Source of the DNA: Clostridia bacterium
GTDB lineage: Bacteria > Bacillota > Clostridia > Oscillospirales > CAG-272
Direction: 5' to 3'
Length of the DNA stretch: 64,000 nt
Assembly (NCBI GenBank): GCA_017467085.1
Contig: JAFTSW010000059.1
Coordinates: 1,604-65,603 of the forward strand
The notes beneath the pieces are model-generated. The model searched no databases. It saw only the letters and a program-made list of their open reading frames with translations, and had not been told where the DNA came from. Positions 35,594 to 45,099 of the stretch are shown one piece after another. The stretch's first letter is position 1, and each line of letters starts with the position of its first letter. A program made the translations under genes and the position numbers.

Positions 35594-36442
35594 ATGACTC
35601 TCGGAAGTAAAATTTGCGCCCTTCGCAAAAAGCTGCATATGACCCAAAGCGAGCTGGCGGGGACCGAAATTACCCGTAATATGCTCAGCAGCATTGAAAA
35701 CGGCTCCGCTTTCCCTTCCCTCTCTACTCTTGGCTATCTTGCCAAGCGCTTGGAGGTGCCCGTTGGGTATCTGCTTGACGAGGACGGGGATTTTCTCACG
35801 TATAAAAAGATGGAAATTCTCCCCATTCTCAAGCGCCATTTAGAAAAAAAGAACCATAGAGAGGTTCTGCGCCTTTGGGAAAAGAGCCTGGGAGAGGTGG
35901 ACGATGAGCTTGCCCTGCTTTTAGCGGAGGCATCGGTGGAATACAGCTTTCAGCTTTTGTATGACGGCTCCCTGCAAACTCTCTCCAAAACCGTCGCCAA
36001 GGCCTTGGACTTTTGCAACAGCACCGTGTATCCCACCCAGCATATCAGAGCCAAAATCGAGCTTTTGCGCGCTGTTTCCGACAACGCCCAGGCGCCGCGC
36101 TTTGAAATAGACACGGCGCTGTATACCGCCCTTTCCAATTCCGCTATTGCCACGGATCTGTATTTTTACGTAACGGAAAACACGGCGGAGCATTCCTATG
36201 CCGATGAGGTTTTGGCGGCGCATATGCGCGCCAAGCGCCTGATGAAGGACGGCAAATACAGAGACGCCGTCAAGAGCCTTGAGGATTTGGAGGGGCAAAA
36301 AACAACCGCCAATATTGGCGCCTTCGTGCTTTTTCGCATTTACGGTGACATTGAGCACTGTCACAAGGAGCTGCGCAATTTTGAGCTTGCCTACCGTTAT
36401 TCCGGCAAGCGCTTATCTCTGCTTTCCGCCTTCCGCACATAA
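35594..36442 (+). CDS. XRE-family HTH regulator with helical-repeat (TPR-like) C-domain
   Basis: HTH KICALRKKLHMTQSELAG....LSSIENG, followed by about 210 aa of helical repeat region. Architecture resembles Rgg/RNPP regulators. Confidence 0.75.
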   Translation: MTLGSKICALRKKLHMTQSELAGTEITRNMLSSIENGSAFPSLSTLGYLAKRLEVPVGYLLDEDGDFLTYKKMEILPILKRHLEKKNHREVLRLWEKSLGEVDDELALLLAEASVEYSFQLLYDGSLQTLSKTVAKALDFCNSTVYPTQHIRAKIELLRAVSDNAQAPRFEIDTALYTALSNSAIATDLYFYVTENTAEHSYADEVLAAHMRAKRLMKDGKYRDAVKSLEDLEGQKTTANIGAFVLFRIYGDIEHCHKELRNFELAYRYSGKRLSLLSAFRT

Positions 36443-36465
36443 AAGCAAAAACAAGGAGATAAAAG

Positions 36466-37308
36466 ATGAACAGAGCTATTTACGTACACGCATCTTCCTT
36501 CGAGCGTTTTAAGGCTGAGCTTACGTTTGCCCGCGATGCCGGCTTTCGAGCAGTTGGCGTTGACGTTGGCCCATTGGGGCATAAGGAGGAGGGGCTTGAT
36601 TTAATAAAGCGCTGCCGTCTGTTGATGGATGAATACGGTATGGTTGCAACCCAGACGCACTTGGATTGCTATGACCCTCTTCTTTGCAGCACGGTAACCG
36701 ACCCTGAACGCGATGCATCTATTCGTTACGGATTAAGGCTAACGGCCGCGCTCGGCGCAAAAGCGGGGGTTTATCATCCCCGTACCGCCATCACAAAGGG
36801 ATATGATTGGCGAATTTCTTACGAACATAATCGCGAGGCGTTAAAGCCGCTTTTGGAAACGGCCGCAAAAGAGGGTGTTGCTGTTGCGGTAGAAAACATC
36901 CCGATTTTCCCCGATTGCCCGCAGCATCGCTTCTATTCCTCTGACCCCGATGACCTTTGCGAGCTTGTCGATAGCTTCAAGGATGCGCCGATAGGCATTT
37001 GCTGGGACACGGGCCACGCCAATTTAATGTCCTTCGACCAGCCCAAGGTTGTGCGTCAGCTCGGCTCTCGAATTATTTGTACCCATGTTTCCAGCAATTT
37101 CAAGGAGCAGGATTGGCACTTGCTTCCTCTTTACGGCTATTTAGATTGGCCCAAGCTGATGGCGGCCTTCCGTGATATCGGCTATAAAAGCGACTTAACG
37201 CTTGAATTGCGACAGGTGGACGTTCGCGCCGCCGCCAGCTTCAATCGACTCGCCTTTGACGCTGTAACCATTTTGGCGGATATTTTATCGGGAAAACAAG
37301 AAAAATAA
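36466..37308 (+). CDS. sugar phosphate isomerase/epimerase (xylose-isomerase-like TIM barrel)
   Basis: 280 aa. VENIP, CWDTGHANL, TLEL blocks of the AP_endonuc_2 fold. Confidence 0.8.
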   Translation: MNRAIYVHASSFERFKAELTFARDAGFRAVGVDVGPLGHKEEGLDLIKRCRLLMDEYGMVATQTHLDCYDPLLCSTVTDPERDASIRYGLRLTAALGAKAGVYHPRTAITKGYDWRISYEHNREALKPLLETAAKEGVAVAVENIPIFPDCPQHRFYSSDPDDLCELVDSFKDAPIGICWDTGHANLMSFDQPKVVRQLGSRIICTHVSSNFKEQDWHLLPLYGYLDWPKLMAAFRDIGYKSDLTLELRQVDVRAAASFNRLAFDAVTILADILSGKQEK

Positions 37309-37352
37309 GCATAAAAAACCGGCAGAAGCAAGCTTCTGCCGGTTTTTTATGC
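37309..37352. terminator. bidirectional terminator (20-bp perfect palindrome)
   Basis: GCATAAAAAACCGGCAGAAG-caag-CTTCTGCCGGTTTTTTATGC. Confidence 0.85.
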
Positions 37353-37367
37353 TACGTTTTTTGTTCT

Positions 37368-38756
37368 TTATGCTAAGATGCGACCCATCAGAACGCCCAT
37401 AACGGACGCCATCATCAAGCCACGGGTCCAGCCGCTGGAATCTCCCAGACAATGTAGACCCTCTACGCTGGTATTGAAGTTTTCGTCCATCTGGACGCGG
37501 TTGCTGTAAAACTTCAGCTCGGGGGAATACAAAAGCGTTTCGTGAGAAGCGAAGCCGGGGACAACCTGGTCGACTGCCTGGATAAAGTGAATGATGTTGG
37601 TCATCGCACGGTACGGCATTGCCGCGGTGATGTCACCTGCAACGGCATCGGGCAAGGTGGGACGGACGTTGGACTGGGAAAGCTCCTTTTGCCAGGTTCT
37701 CTTTCCATCCAGAATATCGCCGAAGCGCTGTACAAGGATATGCCCTGCCCCCAGCATATTGGTCAGCTCGCCTACCTTTTGCGCGTAGGCAATAGGCTGA
37801 TTAAAGGGGACAGAGAAATTGTGAGAGCAAAGAATGGCAAGATTGGTATTATTGCTCTTCAAATCCTTATAGGAATGGCCGTTTACCACCGCCAAATCAT
37901 TATCATAATTTTCCTGGCTGACAAAGCCGCCGGGGTTTTGGCAGAAGGTTCTGACCTTGTTCTTAAAGGGAGCGGGATAACCCACAAGCTTAGATTCGTA
38001 CAAGACCTTATTGACGGTTTCCATCACCTCGTTACGCACCTCAACACGAACGCCGATATCAACGGTACCCGGCTGATGGGCTACGTTATGCTCCGTACAA
38101 ATTCTTTCCAACCAGTCAGCGCCGCGCCGACCCGTTGCCACAACGGTATGCTCAGCGAACACGGTGAGCTTTTCACTTCCCTTTTCCGCATAAATACCCA
38201 CGCACTTATTTCCATCAAAGGCAAGGTCGGTGCAGGCGTAGCCAAAGAGGATTTCCACCCCGTGATTCAAGAGGTACTGCTCAATGGCGTAATACAAATC
38301 CTGCGCCTTTTCGGTGCCAAGGTGACGAATAGGGCAATCCACCAGCTTAAGACCTGCGCGAATGGCGCGCTTGCGGATTTCCTTGACCTCCTCGGACATA
38401 CCAATACCCTCCACGTGGGTATCGGCGCCGAATTCCAAGTAAATGCTATCAGTATAATCAATGGTTTCCTGAGCAAGCTCCGCGCCAATCAGGGTGGGAA
38501 GGTCGCCGCCTACCTCGTAGGAGAGAGAAAGCTTGCCGTCCGAAAAGGCGCCCGCACCCGAAAAGCCCGTGGTAATATGGCAATAGGGCTTGCAGTTGAC
38601 GCACTGCTTGGTCTTATGCTTGGGGCAGGTACGGTCCTCCACGGCCTTTCCTTTTTCGACAATCAAAATGCTTTTTTTAGAATTGTGTCTTATCATTTCA
38701 AGAGCCGTAAAGATGCCCGCAGGGCCTGCTCCAACGATAACAACGTCCTTTTTCAT
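37368..38756 (-). CDS. FAD-dependent oxidoreductase (COG2509-like)
   Basis: ATG 38756 (RBS GAGGAG). MKKDVVIVGAGPAGIF dinucleotide-binding motif and a Cys cluster CPKHKTKQCVNCKPYC. Confidence 0.85.
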   Translation of the reverse strand: MKKDVVIVGAGPAGIFTALEMIRHNSKKSILIVEKGKAVEDRTCPKHKTKQCVNCKPYCHITTGFSGAGAFSDGKLSLSYEVGGDLPTLIGAELAQETIDYTDSIYLEFGADTHVEGIGMSEEVKEIRKRAIRAGLKLVDCPIRHLGTEKAQDLYYAIEQYLLNHGVEILFGYACTDLAFDGNKCVGIYAEKGSEKLTVFAEHTVVATGRRGADWLERICTEHNVAHQPGTVDIGVRVEVRNEVMETVNKVLYESKLVGYPAPFKNKVRTFCQNPGGFVSQENYDNDLAVVNGHSYKDLKSNNTNLAILCSHNFSVPFNQPIAYAQKVGELTNMLGAGHILVQRFGDILDGKRTWQKELSQSNVRPTLPDAVAGDITAAMPYRAMTNIIHFIQAVDQVVPGFASHETLLYSPELKFYSNRVQMDENFNTSVEGLHCLGDSSGWTRGLMMASVMGVLMGRILA

Positions 38757-38930
38757 CGTATACTCCTCTTGTTTCAATAATAAAGCCAACCCAAAACAAG
38801 GGTTGACCATTCACCGAAATGTATTATATAACATTTTCTTCAAATTGTCAAGCCCTTACCACCTTTATTAACAGAAGCAAAAAAAAGGTCATTACATATG
38901 ATAAAAATAGAGAAAAAGGAGGTTTTTCAT

Positions 38931-40019
38931 ATGTTCTATGAAAAAGAGAGCGCTTTTTTAGAGGGGACCTATCTGATAAGCGCCAATTCGGAAAACGGAT
39001 TTTATGGGTATTTTGACAAGGTTTTTTCTCCATATACGCTTGACAAGCTACTTATCATACACGGCGGCTCAGGGACGGGAAAAAGCAGCGCTATGAGAAA
39101 GATAGCCGTCCAACTAAAAGAAGAGGGGGCATTAGTGGAGGAAATCCGCTGCTCCTCCGACCCCGACTCCTTGGACGGTGTTCTGCTACACAAAAACGAA
39201 AAAACCGTTGGAATAGTAGACGGCACACATCCTCACGCACACATTGCCCTGCTCCCGGGGCTACGGGATGAGGAATGGGATTTCAGCCGTTTCTTGGACG
39301 AGGGGGCGCTACAAAAGGAGGACACGCACATTCTCGATTTGCAAAGGCAAAAGAAAAAGGCGTACCAAAGAGCATACGCCCTCTTGGCGCCTGCCGCCGC
39401 CTGTCACAGGGAGGCTCTGCGACAAAGGGGCGAGAAATTTCATCTTGAAGCGGCGGCGCTCTCGGCGCGGCGGCTGCTCCAAAAGCTTCTGGGGGAGAAG
39501 GAGGCAAGAGGGGGCGCTTACACCCCACGGTTTATCCGCGCCTTTTCTATGAAGGGCGAAAGAGCCTTGGAGGCTTGGGCGCCCAAGGGGACACGCTTTG
39601 TGGAAATTCGGGGCGATAGGTATTCTGCCGAATGTTATCTATCAGCTTTAGCGGAAGAAGCTAAGGCGCTTTCTCTTCCCTTCGTGCCGTTTTCTTCTCC
39701 CTTATGTGCCGAGGCTTTGGACGGCTTATACTTTCCCCTTGAGCGTCTTGCCATTGTCAAGCATACCTTAGCGCCCAAGGAGAAGGTAGAGCGCACCGTC
39801 TACGCCACCCGCTTTTTATCCGAAAGACGGAAAGGCACCGTTACCCCCATACAAAGAATAGAGGAGGAATTAAAGAGAGAGGCACTTCTGGCATTAGAGG
39901 AGGCGGCAAGCCTGCACTTTGCGCTTGAGGCGCTTTATTCCTCTCATATGGATTTCGAGGGGCTTTCTCAAGAGGTGAGGGCAAAAGGGGATGCTTTAGC
40001 GCGTTTTTTGGAAAAATAA
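38931..40019 (+). CDS. P-loop NTPase of unknown function (resembles the PRK06851 family)
   Basis: ATG 38931 lies 8 nt after AAGGAGG. Walker A GGSGTGKSS, then CSSDPDSLDGVLL and VGIVDGTHPH blocks. Confidence 0.6.
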   Translation: MFYEKESAFLEGTYLISANSENGFYGYFDKVFSPYTLDKLLIIHGGSGTGKSSAMRKIAVQLKEEGALVEEIRCSSDPDSLDGVLLHKNEKTVGIVDGTHPHAHIALLPGLRDEEWDFSRFLDEGALQKEDTHILDLQRQKKKAYQRAYALLAPAAACHREALRQRGEKFHLEAAALSARRLLQKLLGEKEARGGAYTPRFIRAFSMKGERALEAWAPKGTRFVEIRGDRYSAECYLSALAEEAKALSLPFVPFSSPLCAEALDGLYFPLERLAIVKHTLAPKEKVERTVYATRFLSERRKGTVTPIQRIEEELKREALLALEEAASLHFALEALYSSHMDFEGLSQEVRAKGDALARFLEK

Positions 40020-40028
40020 CTGTCGCCA

Positions 40029-40057
40029 TTGACTTTTGACACAAGGAGTGGTATACT
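40029..40057 (+). promoter_or_regulatory. orphan sigma-A promoter (TTGACT-17-TGgTATACT) between convergent genes
   Basis: TTGACT at 40029-40034, 17-nt spacer, TGgTATACT at 40049-40057. It points into the ackA terminator and 3' end. Confidence 0.5.
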
Positions 40058-40063
40058 ATATGA

Positions 40064-40098
40064 ACAAAAAGGTGTTGCGACAACACTGTCGCAACACC
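40064..40098 (-). terminator. ackA terminator (also closes the convergent P-loop gene)
   Basis: 11-bp stem GGTGTTGCGAC / GTCGCAACACC with a 6-nt loop. On the minus strand it is followed by TTTTTG. Confidence 0.75.
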
Positions 40099-40111
40099 CT
40101 TCGTTATTTTA

Positions 40112-41323
40112 TCAAAGCGCGGACACAACCGCCTCGGTATCCTCGGCGATAATCAATTCCTCATTAGTGGGAATCAGATATACCTTTACCTTAGAGCCTG
40201 CCTTGGAAAGACAGGTGGTTTCAATGGGACGCTTCACGGCATCGTTGGCTTCGTCATCGAAGTCAATGCCCAAGAATTCCAAGCCCTTGCAGGGCATTGA
40301 GCGAATGATGTTATTGTTTTCACCGATGCCTGCGGTAAAGACAACTGCATCCAAGCCACCCATAGCGGCGGCGTAAGCGCCGATATATTTCTTGACCTGG
40401 TATGCCAGCATATGAATGGCAAGAGAGGCTCTTTCGTCCTTTCTTTCCTCCATTGCCGTGCGGCAATCACGGAAGTCGGAGGATGCGCCGTAAACACCCA
40501 AAATACCGCTCTTCTTGTTCAGAACCGTGTTAATTTCCGCGGCAGAAAGATTTTCCTTTTCCATTAAGAAGGAAACGATAGCGGGGTCAATGGCGCCCGA
40601 GCGCGTTCCCATCATCAAACCGTCAAGAGGCGTGAAGCCCATCGTGGTATCCAGAACCTTACCGCCCTTTACAGCCGCAATGGACGAGCCGTTGCCCAAA
40701 TGGCAGGTAACGATTTTGGTTTCCTCGGCAGGCTTGCCAAGAATTTTAATCATTTCACGGGACACGTAGCGATGAGAGGAGCCGTGGAAGCCGTAACGGC
40801 GGATATGGTACTTCTCGCTGTATTCCTGCGGAATAGCGAAGGTATATGCCTCCTTTGGCATCGTGGAATGGAAGGCGGTATCAAATACCAGAACCTGGGG
40901 CACGTCCTTCATAACGTCAAGGCAAGCGTGAATGCCTACCAGGCTGGGGCCGATATGCAAGGGAGCAAGCTCGCGGCAAAGCTCCACCTTTTCAAGCACC
41001 TCCTCGGTTGCCAGAACGGAGCCCGTGAAGTAGGGACCGCCGTGCACCACGCGGTGACCAACGGCGCCGATTTCGCTCATAGAGCCGATACAGCCTACCT
41101 TGCTGTCCGTCAGCGTTTCGATAACCAGCTTAATGGCGTCCTCGTGGGTTTTGAGGTCTGCCAATCTTTCATAGGGCTCCTTACCGGGAACCTTGTGAGA
41201 AATGGCGCCGCCCTCTTCGCCGATTCTTTCGCATCCGCCCTTTGCCAGAGCCGTCTTAGACTCGGTGTTAAAGAGCTGATATTTCAGGGAGCTGGAGCCT
41301 GCGTTTACGATTAAAACGTTCAT
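40112..41323 (-). CDS. ackA: acetate kinase
   Basis: MNVLIVNAGSSSLKYQLF, HRVVHGG, FDTAFH, RYGFHGSSH, TCHLGNGSS. Confidence 0.97.
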   Translation of the reverse strand: MNVLIVNAGSSSLKYQLFNTESKTALAKGGCERIGEEGGAISHKVPGKEPYERLADLKTHEDAIKLVIETLTDSKVGCIGSMSEIGAVGHRVVHGGPYFTGSVLATEEVLEKVELCRELAPLHIGPSLVGIHACLDVMKDVPQVLVFDTAFHSTMPKEAYTFAIPQEYSEKYHIRRYGFHGSSHRYVSREMIKILGKPAEETKIVTCHLGNGSSIAAVKGGKVLDTTMGFTPLDGLMMGTRSGAIDPAIVSFLMEKENLSAAEINTVLNKKSGILGVYGASSDFRDCRTAMEERKDERASLAIHMLAYQVKKYIGAYAAAMGGLDAVVFTAGIGENNNIIRSMPCKGLEFLGIDFDDEANDAVKRPIETTCLSKAGSKVKVYLIPTNEELIIAEDTEAVVSAL

Positions 41324-41439
41324 ACGATATTTCCTTTCAAAGCGTTCATTTACATTTACCTCTTTTATTATACAGTTTTTTTCAAAAAAAACAAGTCTAT
41401 TTTGATTTTTTCATTGATTTCCGCAAAGGAGGCGCAAAA

Positions 41440-42645
41440 TTGAAGACCGTTGCCGTTATATGTGAATACAATCCCTTTCATTTGGGACACGCCTTTCAGC
41501 TTGCGGAAATCCGCCGCCAATTCGGAGAGGACGCCGCCATTATCGCCATTATGAGCGGTAGCTTCACCCAGCGCGGTGAGCCCGCCATCTTCGGAAAGGA
41601 CGCAAGAGCCCGTATGGCGGTGGAGGCAGGCGCCTCGCTGGTCCTGGAGCTTCCCTTTCCTTATTCTGCCGCTGGCGCGGAATTTTTTGCCTCCGGTGCC
41701 GTTTCCATTGCCAACGCCCTGGGTATTGTAGACGTTTTATCCTTTGGAAGCGAGTCGGGCAATTTAGACGCCCTTTCTCTTTGCGCCCACCGCCTGGCTT
41801 CTCCCGAATTTGAGGCAGCGGCGCTTCAAAAAGCAAAGGAAAAAGGGAGCGCTCTCGGAACGGGCGCCCTTACCCCCTCGGTCTACGGTGCGCTATACGG
41901 CGAAGAGGAGGCTTCCCTTTTTGCCTCCCCCAATAACCTGCTTGCCTTGGCGTATTTGAAGGCGTTGCAAAAAACAGGCTCCCCTATTCTTCCCCACACC
42001 ATTTTACGCAAGGGGGATTATCACGATGATAAGGGAAGCTCCTCGGGCTACGCCTCTGCCTCCTATCTTCGCGCGCTTATTTCACGGGGAAATATAGAGG
42101 AGGCGCTCCTTCATATGCCCTCTTGCATTCATTCCGCCGTGAAGGAGGCGTGGGAAAATGGAAACGGGGCTTGGCATATGGAAGCCTTCGGCTCCCTTCT
42201 TATCGGGCATTTTCGCCTTTATCCCGACCCTTTCGCCTCCTTTGCCGAGGCAGAGGGCGGGCTTTACCGTCGCATTGCCAAGGCGGCGAGGACAGCCACG
42301 GACTACCCTTCGCTGATTGCGTTGGCGACCACCAAGAAATACCCTGCCGCCCGTGTGCGCCGCGCCGCTCTCTTTTCTCTTCTGGGCGTTTCTCCTGCCG
42401 CGCTACGCCGCCCTGTTGCTTACACCCAGGCGCTGGCGATGGACGAAAAGGGACAGGCGCTTTTAGGGCAGATTCGCAAAAGCGCCGCTATTCCCGTTTT
42501 GACAAAGCCTGCCGCATACAAGGAATACGCCGCCATCAGGGAGGCGGCAGAGCTATCACAGCGCGCAGATGCCCTTTATACGGCGTTGACTGCCACTCCG
42601 CAAGCGGCGGATTATTTTATGAAAACCGCTCCTTATCGCAAATAA
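41440..42645 (+). CDS. tmcAL: tRNA(Met) cytidine acetate ligase (YlbM/UPF0348 nucleotidyltransferase)
   Basis: TTG start at 41440, 7 nt after AAAGGAGG. Family signature EYNPFHLGH plus SGSFTQRGEPA. Confidence 0.85.
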   Translation: MKTVAVICEYNPFHLGHAFQLAEIRRQFGEDAAIIAIMSGSFTQRGEPAIFGKDARARMAVEAGASLVLELPFPYSAAGAEFFASGAVSIANALGIVDVLSFGSESGNLDALSLCAHRLASPEFEAAALQKAKEKGSALGTGALTPSVYGALYGEEEASLFASPNNLLALAYLKALQKTGSPILPHTILRKGDYHDDKGSSSGYASASYLRALISRGNIEEALLHMPSCIHSAVKEAWENGNGAWHMEAFGSLLIGHFRLYPDPFASFAEAEGGLYRRIAKAARTATDYPSLIALATTKKYPAARVRRAALFSLLGVSPAALRRPVAYTQALAMDEKGQALLGQIRKSAAIPVLTKPAAYKEYAAIREAAELSQRADALYTALTATPQAADYFMKTAPYRK

Positions 42646-42692
42646 GGTCGATTTTCCACGATAAGTTTTTATACCGTTTTCCGTTAATATGA

Positions 42693-42721
42693 TTGACAAA
42701 AGCACAAAACCGTGCTAAAAT
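42693..42721 (+). promoter_or_regulatory. sigma-A promoter (TTGACA-17-TGcTAAAAT)
   Basis: TTGACA at 42693-42698, 17-nt spacer, extended -10 at 42713-42721. Confidence 0.55.
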
Positions 42722-42772
42722 ATGGAAAACGGAAGAGTTTGTATCTACCATTTCAAAGAAAGGAGCGAAAAA

Positions 42773-43066
42773 ATGTTAACTGCAAACGGAATCCAGGGAA
42801 AATATCTTGAATATCTCGGAAAGCCGCTGGTTCGTCAAGGAAACGAGCTGTATTACGGCGATTTTTCCGAAAAATTTTATCTGTTTATTTTAATCCTCAA
42901 AGAAGAAAAGGACCCCAAGTTCGGCATCAACATCCCCACGGATGTTTTGATTCAAATTCTTCCTACGGACAACTCTATGCGCATTGAAAAGCAAAAGCAG
43001 GTCAAGAGCCTTACCGAAGCCTTTGAATTCGGCGTGGCTTGGCTGGAGCGTGCCAATCGCGCGTAA
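42773..43066 (+). CDS. hypothetical small protein (97 aa)
   Basis: ATG 42773 after GAAAGGAG. No recognisable motif. Confidence 0.5.
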   Translation: MLTANGIQGKYLEYLGKPLVRQGNELYYGDFSEKFYLFILILKEEKDPKFGINIPTDVLIQILPTDNSMRIEKQKQVKSLTEAFEFGVAWLERANRA

Positions 43067-43084
43067 AAACCAAGGAGATTCAAA

Positions 43085-44167
43085 ATGAAGTCTGCAAATA
43101 CTGTTTGGAAAAGAACAACCATCAGCTTGCTTGCCTTCTTTGTTTTGACATCTTGTTTATTCACCTCGTGCGGTGCTCCCTCCTTTATACCTGACGAGGG
43201 AGAAAACGGTGATAGCAGCAAAGACGACATTCCCGTTATTGCTGTTCCCGACGTGCCGCCGGAGCCTCTTTTCTATAATTCTTACACCGGGCTGGTATGC
43301 GACGAAGAAATCGCCACGTACCGCCCGCTTTCTATCTGTATGGGCAATTTCGACGGAAAGCAACAAAATGGGCTGTCCTTTGCGGATGTTCTGATAGAAG
43401 CACCCGTGGAAAGCGGCGAAACGCGCCTTTGGATGGTGACTACCGCCTGGCGCAGTATCCCTTCCCTGTCTTCCCTTGCCTCCGCACGAAGCTACATGAT
43501 GCCCATTGCCCACTCCCTTGGCGCTATTGCGGTTTACGCAGGGCGCGGCGACAAAACCAAAGCGCAGGACGCGCTCTATGCAGGTGATGCCATCAACACC
43601 GCCTTGCCCGGTGGCGCTGATGCCTTTTGGGTGGACGGTGAGGGCATTTTTACATCGGGTGAGCGCTTGCTTGCAAGAGCAACGGCAGACGGGTTTGCTT
43701 TAACGGGCGTCCCCACCTCCTTGCCATACGCTTTAGCGCCAACGGACAAGCCCTTTGCCCCGGGGGGCAATCCTATTACCAGCATCAAAATTGAGTACGG
43801 CGTTGGCAAGGAAGCCCTCTTCACCTATCAAAGGACTACCTCTCAGTACCTGGCACAGCGCAACGGCGCCGCCTACGGGGTGGGCGCCAACGGAGACTCC
43901 CTTACCTTCTCTAACGTGCTGATTCTCTTTCATAACGTTAACTATTATCACACAGATACCGACTCGTATTTTACCCTTGACACCCAGGCGGGCGGCAGTG
44001 GCTACTGCTATACGGGCGGCGGCGTTCTGCGGATAAGCTGGGAATACGAAGAGGGACAAGGTCTGGTTTTACGCACCGAAAGCGGCGAAAAGCTGATGCT
44101 AAACCGAGGCAGAACCTACATCAGTATGATGAAGGTTACCGATGCCCAAAAGATTATTGCAAAATAA
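43085..44167 (+). CDS. DUF3048-family lipoprotein (YerB-like)
   Basis: Lipobox LTSCLFTSCG. Blocks RPLSICMGNFDGKQQNGLSFADVLIEAPVESGETRL are typical of DUF3048. Confidence 0.75.
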   Translation: MKSANTVWKRTTISLLAFFVLTSCLFTSCGAPSFIPDEGENGDSSKDDIPVIAVPDVPPEPLFYNSYTGLVCDEEIATYRPLSICMGNFDGKQQNGLSFADVLIEAPVESGETRLWMVTTAWRSIPSLSSLASARSYMMPIAHSLGAIAVYAGRGDKTKAQDALYAGDAINTALPGGADAFWVDGEGIFTSGERLLARATADGFALTGVPTSLPYALAPTDKPFAPGGNPITSIKIEYGVGKEALFTYQRTTSQYLAQRNGAAYGVGANGDSLTFSNVLILFHNVNYYHTDTDSYFTLDTQAGGSGYCYTGGGVLRISWEYEEGQGLVLRTESGEKLMLNRGRTYISMMKVTDAQKIIAK

Positions 44168-44205
44168 AAAAAGACTGTGTCAAATGCTTGACACAGTCTT
44201 TTTTA
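44166..44205. terminator. bidirectional terminator
   Basis: AAGACTGTGTCAA-atgc-TTGACACAGTCTT flanked by A6 and T5 runs. Confidence 0.85.
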
Positions 44206-45060
44206 TCAGAATGCCAGCTTGCCAAGGCAGGCGGCGACGATGAGAATCAGAACGCCAAGGGCGATTCTGTACCAGCCAAAGACCTCGAAGCTGTGCTTCT
44301 TAACGAAGTCCATCAGGAAGCGGATGGTAAAGAAGGACACGAGGAATGCAACCAGCGTTCCCACCAGGAGAATGACCCATTCATTCATAGCGATAACGGG
44401 CGCATCGGCGAAATACTTGACACCGCGCAAGAGCGAGGCGCCTAACATCACGGGAATGGACATAAAGAAGGAAAATTCAGCCGCTGCGGTTCTGGAAACG
44501 CCAAGCAGCATACCGCCGAGAATGGTAGAGCCGGAGCGCGAGGTGCCGGGGATAAGGGACAGCACCTGGAAGCAGCCGATTAAAAGGGCGTGCTTGGGGG
44601 TCAACTCGTCCACCGTTTCTATCTTGTTTTCTCTTCCCTTGCGGCGCCGTTCAATGACAATGAAGGCAACGCCGTAGGCGATAAGGGCGATAGCAACCAC
44701 GGGGAAGCCGTAAAAATGGGTTTCAATAAAATCGTCAAAGGGAATGCCAATGATGGCGGCAGGCAAAATGCCGATAATCACGTAGAGCCACAGGCGCCAG
44801 GTGCTTTTCTTTTCTGCCGCGCTTTTCTTGGGGGAAAAGGGGTTTAGCCTTTGGAAAAACAGGACGATAACCGCCAAAATGGCGCCAAGCTGAATGGCAA
44901 CCAGGAAAAAGCTGTAAAATTCAGCGGAAACGGAATCCTTCAAGCGAAGAATCTCATCGAGCAAAATCATATGCCCCGTGCTACTGACGGGAAGCCACTC
45001 GGTGATACCCTCCACAATACCGATAATAGCGGAAAAGAGTGCGTCTAAAAATACTGTCAT
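44206..45060 (-). CDS. uppP: undecaprenyl-diphosphate phosphatase
   Basis: GIVEGITEWLPVSSTGHMIL and PGTSRSGSTI BacA motifs. Confidence 0.95.
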   Translation of the reverse strand: MTVFLDALFSAIIGIVEGITEWLPVSSTGHMILLDEILRLKDSVSAEFYSFFLVAIQLGAILAVIVLFFQRLNPFSPKKSAAEKKSTWRLWLYVIIGILPAAIIGIPFDDFIETHFYGFPVVAIALIAYGVAFIVIERRRKGRENKIETVDELTPKHALLIGCFQVLSLIPGTSRSGSTILGGMLLGVSRTAAAEFSFFMSIPVMLGASLLRGVKYFADAPVIAMNEWVILLVGTLVAFLVSFFTIRFLMDFVKKHSFEVFGWYRIALGVLILIVAACLGKLAF

Positions 45061-45099
45061 GCCGTATCTCCTTTTTCGTTTTATAGCGTTCTGACGGAG

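Noticed and set aside
37542-38780. 412-aa ORF antisense to the FAD-dependent oxidoreductase.
   Set aside because: Shadow ORF. The minus strand has a GxGxxG FAD motif directly after an RBS-preceded start.
40060-40152. 30-codon, highly basic micro-ORF (MNKKVLRQHCRNTLRYFIKARTQPPRYPRR) with AAGGAG 11 nt upstream.
   Set aside because: The putative RBS lies inside the orphan promoter spacer, upstream of the predicted TSS. The ORF consists largely of the terminator palindrome and antisense ackA sequence. It is probably fortuitous.
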